The notes: generated by a model from the letters alone, not told the origin. DNA of 64,000 bases from a bacterium (GCA_963674595.2 CAXXFV010000020.1:34674-98673), one strand, 5' to 3'; positions 19,657 to 28,746 are shown, counted from the stretch's first letter. A program made the numbers and translations.

Positions 19657-21684
19657 ATGAAAAAAATACTATATATACTGTTTATTTTTACAGGTTTTCT
19701 CTATGCAAATCAACGTGCTATGACCGTTGAAGACATGTGGGCCATGAAGCGTATTGGTCAGGCTGTGCTTTCTCCTGATGGTGAGTGGGTAGCTTTTGAG
19801 ATGACCGAATATAAAATGGATGATAACAGCCGAAATACAGATATTTGGATGGTTTCCACAAAAGACGGCACGGTCCGGCAGATGACAGTCAATTCAGCTT
19901 ATGACGGCACACCCCGTTGGAAACCGGATGGTTCAGAATTGTCTTTTATATCTGATCGTAACGGCTCTGCACAGATTTTTAGTATGCCATTAAACGGTGG
20001 AGAGGCTTGCCAGTTATCTTTCTTTCCGGTTGATGTTGATAACTTTATCTGGTCTCCTGATGGCAAACAATGGGCATTTGCGGCAACGGTTTTTGCTGAT
20101 GCGCCATCTCTGGAAGCGAGTGCAGCCCGGGACCGTGAAAAACAGGAATCTCTGGTTAAAGCACGTGTTATTGACCGGTTAATGTTTCGACAGTGGAACC
20201 GTTGGACAAACGGAAAATATTCTCATATTTATGTCAGCGATGTACAGGGCAATAATGTTCGGGATGTGACCCCTGGCGAGTATGATGCCCCTCCTCTGGA
20301 CCTGGGTGGTGACCAGGATTTTATGTTTTCACCTGACGGCAAAGAGTTGGCCTTTGTCAGTAACCATGATTCCATGATTGCCATATCAACGAACAATGAT
20401 GTTTTTCTGTATTCACTAAACAATCAGCAAACAACATGTATAACCGTGCCTAACAAATCCGTTGATAACCAGCCGGTCTATTCGCCGGATGGTCGTTTTC
20501 TTGTATATAACGCCATGAAACGACCCGGATTTGAATCGGACCAAAATGAAATTATACTTTTCGACCGTAAAGCCGGCGAAAAAACGTCTTTGACTGAAAA
20601 TTTTGACCGGAATCCACAACAGGTCATCTGGTCGCCTGATAGTAAAAAATTATATTTTTGTGCCGAAAACCGGGGCCGAAAAAGTTTGTATGAGTTGGAA
20701 GTTAAGAGTAAAACAACAAAAGAGATCTTGTTTCAACATTCCAATTCAAATCTTATGATGGGACCGAACAAGAATTGTCTTTATTTCAAACAACAAAGTG
20801 TGTCAGCACCGAATGAGATTTACAAACTCGATCTTTCTACCGGAAAATATACACAGCTTACATTTATAAACCAATCGTTGTTAAAGGAATTGGCTTTTAA
20901 CAATGTTGAAGATTTTGAATACAAAAGTTTTGATAATCAAATGGTGCACGGCTTTATGCTCAAACCACCATTTTTTGATAAGAACAAAAAATACCCGGTC
21001 GTATTATTAATCCATGGTGGTCCGCAAAACATGTGGTGTGACAATTTTCATTTTCGCTGGAACGCCTCAATGTTTGCTTCTCCGGGATATGTTGTTGTTA
21101 TGATTAATATTCGCGGTTCCAAAGGCTATGGACAGGAATGGTGCGACGCTGTCAGTAAAGACTGGGGCGGCGGACCATATAAAGATCTAATGAGCGGTCT
21201 TGATTATGTATGTCAAAATTTTAGTTTCATTGAGGGAAAAAAGATCGTTGCTGCCGGTGCAAGTTATGGCGGATTTATGATTAACTGGATTGCCACTCAT
21301 ACCGACCGTTTTAAGGCGCTGGCATGTCATGCCGGTGTTTATGATCAGGTGAGCATGTATGGCTCAACGGAAGAATTATGGTTTCCGGAATGGGAATTTG
21401 ATGGCAATCCTTATGAAAATCCTGATCTTTACAGAAAATGGTCTCCTTCCACATATGCGGCAAACCTGAAAAAATACAATGTTCCCACTTTGGTTACGCA
21501 CGGTCAAAACGATTTTCGTGTGCCGGTTAGTCAGGCATTTCAGTTTTTTACAGCGCTTCAGCGCCAAAATGTGCCGTCTCGGCTGGTTTATTTCCCGGAT
21601 GAGTATCATTTTGTCACCAAACCGCAAAATGCCCAATTATGGTGGAATGAAATTTTTAACTGGTTTGAAAAATGGATCAATTAA
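19657..21684 (+). CDS. S9 family peptidase with beta-propeller
   Basis: Signal peptide, repeated W/FSPDG blades, IHGGP, GASYGG nucleophile, NDFRV, DEYH. Confidence 0.92.
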   Translation: MKKILYILFIFTGFLYANQRAMTVEDMWAMKRIGQAVLSPDGEWVAFEMTEYKMDDNSRNTDIWMVSTKDGTVRQMTVNSAYDGTPRWKPDGSELSFISDRNGSAQIFSMPLNGGEACQLSFFPVDVDNFIWSPDGKQWAFAATVFADAPSLEASAARDREKQESLVKARVIDRLMFRQWNRWTNGKYSHIYVSDVQGNNVRDVTPGEYDAPPLDLGGDQDFMFSPDGKELAFVSNHDSMIAISTNNDVFLYSLNNQQTTCITVPNKSVDNQPVYSPDGRFLVYNAMKRPGFESDQNEIILFDRKAGEKTSLTENFDRNPQQVIWSPDSKKLYFCAENRGRKSLYELEVKSKTTKEILFQHSNSNLMMGPNKNCLYFKQQSVSAPNEIYKLDLSTGKYTQLTFINQSLLKELAFNNVEDFEYKSFDNQMVHGFMLKPPFFDKNKKYPVVLLIHGGPQNMWCDNFHFRWNASMFASPGYVVVMINIRGSKGYGQEWCDAVSKDWGGGPYKDLMSGLDYVCQNFSFIEGKKIVAAGASYGGFMINWIATHTDRFKALACHAGVYDQVSMYGSTEELWFPEWEFDGNPYENPDLYRKWSPSTYAANLKKYNVPTLVTHGQNDFRVPVSQAFQFFTALQRQNVPSRLVYFPDEYHFVTKPQNAQLWWNEIFNWFEKWIN

Positions 21685-21737
21685 CTTTTTGGATCGTATA
21701 ATAGAGTACAATAAACCAGGCTTTAAGGAGTATATTT

Positions 21738-22115
21738 TTGGTTAAAATATTATACATCGGATTCGGCGGATTTTTAGGTTCTGTTTCACGTTATGCTGTA
21801 AGTGGATTTTTTTATCGTTTATTGGATAAACCCTGGTTTCCCTATGGAACAATGGCGGTAAATTTAATTGGCTGCCTGGTGATCGGCTTTTTAGGGGGAA
21901 TTTCCGAATTTAAACAGGTTTTCAGCCCGGAGCTTCGGTTACTCGTTTTTATCGGATTTCTTGGTGGATTTACAACGTTTTCGACCTTTGAATTTGAGGT
22001 GTTTCAACTTTTAAGAGATAATCAGTTTTTGCCGGCGCTCATTAATGTTGCTGTTCAGATAATAACAGGTTTGGGTGCTGTTTGGGTAGGTTTTCTTTTA
22101 GCCAAATTGATTTAG
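21738..22115 (+). CDS. crcB: Fluoride channel CrcB/FluC
   Basis: GG..G...RY, FPYGT..VN..G, GFLGGFTTFSTF. Confidence 0.95.
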   Translation: MVKILYIGFGGFLGSVSRYAVSGFFYRLLDKPWFPYGTMAVNLIGCLVIGFLGGISEFKQVFSPELRLLVFIGFLGGFTTFSTFEFEVFQLLRDNQFLPALINVAVQIITGLGAVWVGFLLAKLI

Positions 22116-22124
22116 GGAGTTAAA

Positions 22125-22463
22125 ATGAAACTTTTACAGGATGGTAATTTATTACGCATTTTTATCGGTGAAAGTGACAAATTTGAAGGCATGCCGTTAT
22201 ACGAGTGGATTGTGAAACGTGCCAGGGAACGAAACCTTGCCGGCGCTACAGTCCTTAGAGGCCTGGAAGGCTTTGGCGCCCGAAGCCGGATTCATACAAC
22301 GAAAATACTTCGCCTCTCTGAAGACCTGCCGATTGTTGTTGAAATTGTTGATTCGCTTGATAAAATCAATGAATTTTTACCATTAATTGATGATGCCATG
22401 AAGGAAGGCCTGGTTACCCTGGAAAAGGTACAGGTTATACTTTATAGAAGTGAAAAGGAATAA
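22125..22463 (+). CDS. DUF190 (PII-like) protein
   Basis: LRIFIGE.D, AGATVLRG.EGFG, LSEDLPIVVEIVD; usual crcB neighbour. Confidence 0.9.
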   Translation: MKLLQDGNLLRIFIGESDKFEGMPLYEWIVKRARERNLAGATVLRGLEGFGARSRIHTTKILRLSEDLPIVVEIVDSLDKINEFLPLIDDAMKEGLVTLEKVQVILYRSEKE

Positions 22464-22479
22464 ATTTTTGGATTGTTTT

Positions 22480-22911
22480 ATGTGTTTTAAAATTAAATAT
22501 GTGTCTTTTATATTGCTGTCTTCGTTACTGTTTATTAACCTCAGTTGTAAAGACCCTTTAAAAGAAGAAGATAAAAAAGAAGAAATTATTGTATTGGTAA
22601 ATGAAACATTACATGAGGTGGGCAGATATATTTTTATGTGGGACGGTAAAGATAAAAATGGCAAGGTGATTGAACCGGGGAAATATATTTATACTTTCGA
22701 GTCCAAGGATTTTAACGATCAGGACTATATGGAAGCGGTTGAAAACAATAAAATTGCCAAACCGGAATTTACTCATTTCGAGGTCGGTGTTTGGTATAAT
22801 TATGAACTTGAAGCGGCCGAGCCAAATCCATTTAATATAGAAACAGGTGTTGCCATCGCCATCAAAATACCCAGTCCAACAAGTGTAAAAATACGAATAT
22901 TTAAAGATTAG
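22480..22911 (+). CDS. Lipoprotein with FlgD-Ig/T9SS-CTD-like segments in permuted order
   Basis: Lipobox NLSC; GRYIFMWDGKDKNGKVIEPGKYIY precedes YELEAAEPNPFN...SVKIRIFK. Confidence 0.6.
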   Translation: MCFKIKYVSFILLSSLLFINLSCKDPLKEEDKKEEIIVLVNETLHEVGRYIFMWDGKDKNGKVIEPGKYIYTFESKDFNDQDYMEAVENNKIAKPEFTHFEVGVWYNYELEAAEPNPFNIETGVAIAIKIPSPTSVKIRIFKD

Positions 22912-22914
22912 TTC

Positions 22915-23916
22915 TTAGGGCTGTGCCGCCTTGATGATGCCCTCCTGGACTGAAATAATTTGATCTAAAAGTTGGTCGAGCTGAGGGTCTATTTTAGTTT
23001 TATCCGCATTTTGTTCATGCCAGGAAATCATTTCACGAACACCCGTTGAAAGGGGGATTTTGGCTGTAAAATCCGGGACGATTCTTTTAATTTTTGAATT
23101 ATCAAAAATCAGGCTGATGCTTTTGTCGCCCAGCCAGCCGGCAGCCCATTCGGGATCAAAGGCTGCAATTGTATCAGACGTAACATGGACCGCATTTAAC
23201 GGTTTGTTGAGGATCTCTGCAAAAATTTCAAAAATTTGGTTCCAGCTTGTAAAATTGTCGGATGTGATATGAAATGCTTCGCCGATTGCCTGGTGGTTTC
23301 CCAACAATCCTGTAAAACCGGCAGCGAAATCGCGATGATGTGTCAACGTCCACAGAGACGTGCCGTCTCCAAAAATAATTACCTTTTTCCCGTTTTTCAT
23401 TCGTGACAGGGTTGTAAAACCGCCTGGTAAAAAGACTTTGGAGCAATCATAGGTGTGTGAAGGCCTGACAATTGTTACCGGAAATCCTTCTTTGCCGGCC
23501 TGCTGCAATAGTTCTTCACAGGCAATTTTTTGCTGCGAGTAATGCCAGTAAGGATTGCTTAACGGTGTTGATTCCGTAATCGGCAATATGGCCGGCGGTG
23601 TTTGGTAAACGGAAGCAGAACTTATAAAAATATATTGAGATGTTTTTCCCTGAAATAATTCAATGTCAAATTTTACTTGCTCGGGCGTATAGGCAATCCA
23701 GTCAACCACCACATCAAACCGTGGTTGATCATTCAATACTTTTTCTACGGCTTTAAAATCGCGATAATCCGCGTGTATTATTTTTGCCTGCTCCGGAATT
23801 TCTCTGTGAGTAAGCCCGCGAAGTAGTAAAGTAACGTCATAGCCTTTTTCTATTGCTGCTTTCGTACATGCTGAACTGATGACCCCTGTCCCGCCAATAA
23901 ATAAAACACGTATCAT
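22915..23916 (-). CDS. NAD-dependent epimerase/dehydratase (extended SDR)
   Basis: FIGGTGVIS, FISSASVY, YSQQK, VRPSHTY. Confidence 0.88.
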   Translation of the reverse strand: MIRVLFIGGTGVISSACTKAAIEKGYDVTLLLRGLTHREIPEQAKIIHADYRDFKAVEKVLNDQPRFDVVVDWIAYTPEQVKFDIELFQGKTSQYIFISSASVYQTPPAILPITESTPLSNPYWHYSQQKIACEELLQQAGKEGFPVTIVRPSHTYDCSKVFLPGGFTTLSRMKNGKKVIIFGDGTSLWTLTHHRDFAAGFTGLLGNHQAIGEAFHITSDNFTSWNQIFEIFAEILNKPLNAVHVTSDTIAAFDPEWAAGWLGDKSISLIFDNSKIKRIVPDFTAKIPLSTGVREMISWHEQNADKTKIDPQLDQLLDQIISVQEGIIKAAQP

Positions 23917-23932
23917 TATTAATTCCCGCTTT

Positions 23933-24334
23933 TTAACTCATTGCATTTTTAAATTCTTCAGGAATGGCAATCACTTTTTCTTGTTCGTTTACAAATACAA
24001 AGGCCATTTCCGACAAGGCACATAATTTATCTGTTGTTGTGTTCCAAATTTCATATTGAATAATAAAACTGGACCTTTTCCATAATGAAATTTTACCTCT
24101 TATTTCCAGAATATCATCGGCACGGGCGGCTGAACGATATGTTATTTCTGTTTTTATAACATAAGGATACTTTTTCCATTTCTGAAAATCGTTAAAACTC
24201 AGGTTCCTTTGATGCATATATTCACAACGGGCAAATTCAAGATAATTCAAATAGGTTGCATTGTTTACATGACCAAAAGAATCCATTTCATAACTTCTTA
24301 CCTGAAGAGATATTTTAAATGTAGAATTGTCCAT
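23933..24334 (-). CDS. Acyl-CoA thioesterase (YbgC/4HBT hot-dog fold)
   Basis: VRSYEMDSFGHVNNATYLNYLEFAR. Confidence 0.9.
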   Translation of the reverse strand: MDNSTFKISLQVRSYEMDSFGHVNNATYLNYLEFARCEYMHQRNLSFNDFQKWKKYPYVIKTEITYRSAARADDILEIRGKISLWKRSSFIIQYEIWNTTTDKLCALSEMAFVFVNEQEKVIAIPEEFKNAMS

Positions 24335-24345
24335 AAAAAACGCGC

Positions 24346-26289
24346 CTAAGTTATTCTTCTGATTTTAATGGTTTCGGTAATATGCTGCATAATATTAAAA
24401 ACCTGTTCGGAAACGTCTCTATCAACATCAACAATAAGATAACCAATATTTCCTTTGGTTTGCAGAATCTGACCTTCAACGTTTATGTTGCGGCGGGCAA
24501 AGACACTGTTGATTTTTGCCAAAACACCGGGAACATTGTTGTGTATGTGCAAAATTCGATGTTTACCGTTAAGTTTCGGCAGCTCAACTTCGGGAAAATT
24601 TACGGAACCAATGGTTGATCCGTTTGATATATATCTTTGAATTTTTTCACTTACATAACTGGCAATGTTTTCCTGGGCTTCCTGTGTGCTGCCGCCAATA
24701 TGTGGAGTTAAAATAACATTTGGAGAGTTTTGTAATGGTGCATGAAAACTTTCACTGGATGAGCTTGGTTCGTCAGGAAAAACGTCTACGCCTGCCCCGG
24801 CAATTTGACCGTTATCCAAAAAATGACGAAGACTGTCAAGCTCTACAACCCGACCACGGCTCAAATTTAATAACAAAGAGCCTTTTTTCATTAGAGACAT
24901 TTCTTTTTTGCCGATCATATTTCGGGTGTCCGGTGTGTCCGGTACATGCAGTGTAACAATGTCAGAGTTTATCAATAAATCCGATAAATCTTTTGCCTGC
25001 TTGGCGTTTCCTAATGGAAGTTTATCTACAATATCATGATAAATAACTGTCATGCCTAAACTTTCCATAAGTACAGAAACCTGGGAGCCGATATGTCCAT
25101 ATCCAACAATACCAATTGTTTTGCCCCGAATTTCAGAACATCCGGAAGCATCTTTTAACCATTGGCCCTGATGGGCGGCCACACTCTTTTCATAAGCACG
25201 CCGGATGAGTATGATCGCTTCACCAACAACCAACTCCGCAACACTACGGGTGTTACTGAATGGGGCATTAAAAACAGGAATGCCGGCATTTGTCGCAGCT
25301 ACAAGATCGATTTGGTTTGTACCAATACAAAAGGCTCCCACGACCCACAAGTTGGGAAGGCAGGTAATCGCTTTTGCCGTTATTTTGGTCTTGGACCTTA
25401 TACCTAATACATTTGTATTTTTTGCCTGAGAACAAAGCAGCTTTTCGTCCCATGCTTCATTATAACTATCAAGTTTAAAATTATTTTCTTTTAAACGGTT
25501 TATGGCTTTAGGGTGAATGTTCTCCAGCAACGTAATATGTGGTATATGCGATTTATCCTGTATTTTAACCTTGGTCAAAGTTTTTACAGAATCGTTGCCC
25601 AATTCATCGTTCGAGCAAAATAATGGCAGTAATTGATCAAACCGTTCCACAGAAAAGTCAGCCTGATGACGAATTTCTTCCCTGTTTTTTGTGCCGGAGA
25701 AATAAACAAATATTTTTGCGATATTGTTTTTTCGAATAGCCAAATCCGGAAAGCCGTCGCCAACAACCGCTGTGCCGCCCGAAAGTCTGCCTTCGTCTTT
25801 TAATCTTTCGGCGATATACACTTTACCCATGCTTAAAAACAGAGGATTTTCGTGATTTAGTTGATTGACGTTTCCATTTTTATCATAAGATACCTGGTTG
25901 GCAAAAACATTGTCATCACTGATGCCTAATGCCCTGGTAACCGGTCGAACGACCTCTTCAAAACTGCTGCTAAAGACGTAAATATTTTTTCCGCCTTTCA
26001 TCAGCAGGTCTATTGTTTCCCTAACCATCGGATTAATAGTGTCCAGAATGTTCTCCGCTACAATACTGACGTCTGAAAAATTAATCTCCGCCAGAGCAAA
26101 GCGTTTTGGCATTGCCTCGCTTAACGGGATGTCCCCGTTTGTTGCCTTTTCCGTTAGTTCTTTAAGTTTTGCCAGGCGTAAAGATTTATCTTTTGCGTTT
26201 GCTCTTTCTATTGCTTCTTTAATGATCAGGTCAATACCTTCAGCATTAATAATTGTACTATCATAATCAAAAATGATATTATTAATCAT
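24346..26289 (-). CDS. serA: Phosphoserine phosphatase-like HAD domain fused to D-3-phosphoglycerate dehydrogenase with ACT domain
   Basis: N-terminal FDYDST...GDGFPD; then GIRSKT, FCIGTNQ, NAPFSNTRSVAE, GYGHIG, TPHIGGST, HNNVPGVL. Confidence 0.92.
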   Translation of the reverse strand: MINNIIFDYDSTIINAEGIDLIIKEAIERANAKDKSLRLAKLKELTEKATNGDIPLSEAMPKRFALAEINFSDVSIVAENILDTINPMVRETIDLLMKGGKNIYVFSSSFEEVVRPVTRALGISDDNVFANQVSYDKNGNVNQLNHENPLFLSMGKVYIAERLKDEGRLSGGTAVVGDGFPDLAIRKNNIAKIFVYFSGTKNREEIRHQADFSVERFDQLLPLFCSNDELGNDSVKTLTKVKIQDKSHIPHITLLENIHPKAINRLKENNFKLDSYNEAWDEKLLCSQAKNTNVLGIRSKTKITAKAITCLPNLWVVGAFCIGTNQIDLVAATNAGIPVFNAPFSNTRSVAELVVGEAIILIRRAYEKSVAAHQGQWLKDASGCSEIRGKTIGIVGYGHIGSQVSVLMESLGMTVIYHDIVDKLPLGNAKQAKDLSDLLINSDIVTLHVPDTPDTRNMIGKKEMSLMKKGSLLLNLSRGRVVELDSLRHFLDNGQIAGAGVDVFPDEPSSSSESFHAPLQNSPNVILTPHIGGSTQEAQENIASYVSEKIQRYISNGSTIGSVNFPEVELPKLNGKHRILHIHNNVPGVLAKINSVFARRNINVEGQILQTKGNIGYLIVDVDRDVSEQVFNIMQHITETIKIRRIT

Positions 26290-26478
26290 TTTGAAAAACC
26301 TTAAATATGTTTAATAAATTTCTATTTATGAAGCATATATGATACAAAATTTCTTTAAAATTTACAATAGAAAAGAAAGCTTTTTACGGCAGCAAATAAA
26401 TACGTTATTTTTTGTGAAATAGTATTTCAGGTATTATTGTTTAAAAATTTACCTTGTAGTGCAAGGTATTTAAGAAAA

Positions 26479-26804
26479 GGAGGTGTAGAGTTTGCAGCAA
26501 CCCCTTTTAGATGAATTCTAAAGGAGGTGATTGTTATGAAGGTTACAATCCCGGATTATTTCACTGGTGTATTTGAAAATACAAGAAATGCACTGGGCGA
26601 TATGTTAAGTAATCCAACCCTCTGGTCAGAAGCGATAATTAAAGAGACATTAACAAGGACCGGTAGTCAGGCATTTAATATTGAAGATGTACAACATATC
26701 GTACGTGAATATTTAATTGTTTTATCAGAAAAAGTAAGAGAAGGCTCCGACCTGGGCGTTTAGCCTTACATGTAAATGTTTTGGGATTGCTGCTTCTCTC
26801 CTCC
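26479..26804 (+). other. Imperfect inverted repeat enclosing the small ORF (potential long-range RNA pairing)
   Basis: GGAGG-tgt-AGAG-ttt-GCAGCAACCCC (26479-26504) is complementary to GGGATTGCTGC-tt-CTCT-CCTCC (26783-26804). Confidence 0.6.
26536..26763 (+). CDS. Small hypothetical protein (75 aa)
   Basis: Near-perfect SD AAGGAGGTGA at 26521-26530, 5 nt before ATG; no recognisable family. Confidence 0.7.
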   Translation: MKVTIPDYFTGVFENTRNALGDMLSNPTLWSEAIIKETLTRTGSQAFNIEDVQHIVREYLIVLSEKVREGSDLGV

Positions 26805-26852
26805 GATATAATTAGTGCCGGTTAGCTTAAAATACCATAAAGAATAATTATA

Positions 26853-28244
26853 ATGGAAATAGTTGCTTCCAGAATATCTGTCTATGAAGTTGAATTGGAT
26901 TTAAATAGCTGGGACGTAAAAACAAGTAATAAAGTACCTGGGTTTTCTCAAAAAATTCTCGAATTAATGCCCACTCTTTCAGACCACAAATGTATGGAAG
27001 GCAAACCCGGCGGTTTTATTCGGGAAGTTGAAAAAGGCACTAATTTTGCCCACATTATTGAACATGTTTTGCTGGAAATGATCCATTTGGCCGATAAAGG
27101 CCAGGTATATAAGGGGTGGACACGAAAGCTTGAAAAAGATCATTACGTTATTCATTATAATGCCCCGGATTTTTTAAAAGGTCGGTTGGCTGCCATTTTG
27201 GCTGTGGATTTTGTTAAACATATTTTACAAAATAAAAATGTTAAAAGTATTGAATATCTTGATATTTTAAAAAATCCGATTGACTATTTTTCGGGCCATA
27301 AAACTGAAACGACCGAGTTATATTTTGCCGATTCTATAAATGAGTTTAAAACTGTTGAAAAAGCGGTTGATGAATTAAAATCCGAAAGATTGACAACAGA
27401 GCAGCAGCAAAATATAATTTTGATCATATCTCACATTCAAAAACATTTTGGTTTTATTAGAGAAACCTGGCGAAAATCATTTTTAACCTTTGGTGGAGAA
27501 TTTGCCAAAACAATAGAAAATAAAATAGAGCTTATCAATATTGATAAATTTGCACATTACATTATACAAAATGAATTTGATCGTGTTTTTAGCGGGATTA
27601 AAAATCTAAGTCATTTGATCAATACCTACCAGATTCCCAAAACCTTTGTCATCCGATCAATATGGCTTTTTAAGAATAAATTGCTCCGCTACATCATTGA
27701 AGAATATCAAAACGATAAATTATTTTTACAGCATGCGATCAAGGACCTTGAGGATTTTTATCAGATTATTTTGAAAAATGTCAAAATGGGGTTTGAGATG
27801 AATGATTATGAAAATAACATTTTTTCTCAATTACCAGAGCTTGTGGAATTTCGCGAACTTGAGCAGATACGTGGTTATGTGTTGATCGTTGATGATGATG
27901 AAGTTGCCAGGCAGGCCTGTGCGGACATATTACGTTATCATAGCTATCCTGTTCTCACCGTATCAACCGGATTTGATGCATTGGATAAAATTGTTAAAAT
28001 GGGTGATGAAATTACCCTGGTAATATTGGACATAAATTTACCCGATATGAACGGCAAAGAGGTTTATCAACAGATTAAAAACAGTTATCCGGATAAAAAA
28101 ATAATAATTTCCAGCGGTTTTTTGCCGGATGACCAGCGAATTCATTTCAAACATGATGTTTTAACGGCGTTTATTGATAAACCCTATAAAGCTGTAGATA
28201 TAGTAAATAAAGTCAAAATGTTTATGGAAGATGAAAGTAAATAA
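26853..28244 (+). CDS. Cyanophycin synthetase N-domain + helical (RsbRD_N-like) region + response-regulator receiver domain
   Basis: LDL..SNKVPGF..LMPTLSDHKC.EGKPGGF..V.KGT.FAHIIEHVLLE closely follows the CphA N-terminus. C-terminal LIVDDD..LVILDINLPDMNG..IISSG..IDKPY is a receiver domain. Confidence 0.8.
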   Translation: MEIVASRISVYEVELDLNSWDVKTSNKVPGFSQKILELMPTLSDHKCMEGKPGGFIREVEKGTNFAHIIEHVLLEMIHLADKGQVYKGWTRKLEKDHYVIHYNAPDFLKGRLAAILAVDFVKHILQNKNVKSIEYLDILKNPIDYFSGHKTETTELYFADSINEFKTVEKAVDELKSERLTTEQQQNIILIISHIQKHFGFIRETWRKSFLTFGGEFAKTIENKIELINIDKFAHYIIQNEFDRVFSGIKNLSHLINTYQIPKTFVIRSIWLFKNKLLRYIIEEYQNDKLFLQHAIKDLEDFYQIILKNVKMGFEMNDYENNIFSQLPELVEFRELEQIRGYVLIVDDDEVARQACADILRYHSYPVLTVSTGFDALDKIVKMGDEITLVILDINLPDMNGKEVYQQIKNSYPDKKIIISSGFLPDDQRIHFKHDVLTAFIDKPYKAVDIVNKVKMFMEDESK

Positions 28245-28327
28245 TTCCCGGGGATTATTTTTAGATTGAATCCAATAACACCTGTTTTCATCTAATAAAA
28301 TAAAATCAAATCAAGAGGAAACAGGAT

Positions 28328-28711
28328 ATGATTATTCTTTATATTATTGCTGGTATTGTTGTATTATTCTTTTCGTTGCAATTTTTTATGGTTATAAAAA
28401 TGCGATTTAAAAAGGGAAAGGATGCACCTTCACTCTCCGGAAGTGCCGGAAAATTAATTCAATCCGGAAATAAAGCATTGTTTTATTTTTTTAGTCCTTC
28501 ATGCCGTGCCTGTTATGCCATGACACCGATGATGGAACAATTGTCCAGAAAAAATAAAAATGTTTTTAAAATTGATATTTCAAAAGATATGGATACGGCA
28601 CGTAAATTTGGAGTTATGGGCACACCGTCAACGGTTGTTGTTGAAACAGGGAAAATTAAAGAGTTTCTTGTTGGAGCACAATCAGAGTCAAGAATAAAAG
28701 CACTTTTATAA
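28328..28711 (+). CDS. Membrane-anchored thioredoxin-fold protein
   Basis: N-terminal TM helix, FFSPSCRAC (CxxC), FGVMGTP cis-Pro loop. Confidence 0.85.
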   Translation: MIILYIIAGIVVLFFSLQFFMVIKMRFKKGKDAPSLSGSAGKLIQSGNKALFYFFSPSCRACYAMTPMMEQLSRKNKNVFKIDISKDMDTARKFGVMGTPSTVVVETGKIKEFLVGAQSESRIKALL

Positions 28712-28714
28712 TAG

Positions 28715-28746
28715 AAAGCCCGGTTTTATTACCGGGCCTTTTTTTT
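28715..28746. terminator. Intrinsic terminator
   Basis: GCCCGGT/ACCGGGC stem followed by a T-run, between convergent genes. Confidence 0.85.

Noticed and set aside
21685-21737. Fluoride riboswitch upstream of crcB
   Set aside because: The gap is only ~50 nt and has no GGCGATGG-type consensus.
26479-26804. tmRNA-like interpretation of the paired-end element
   Set aside because: No GGTTCGA T-arm or CCA-type 3' end, and the internal ORF has its own SD and ATG.
26853-28244. Calling this gene cphA or a cphA pseudogene
   Set aside because: No ATP-grasp or Mur-ligase sequence follows; the ORF continues intact into a receiver domain.
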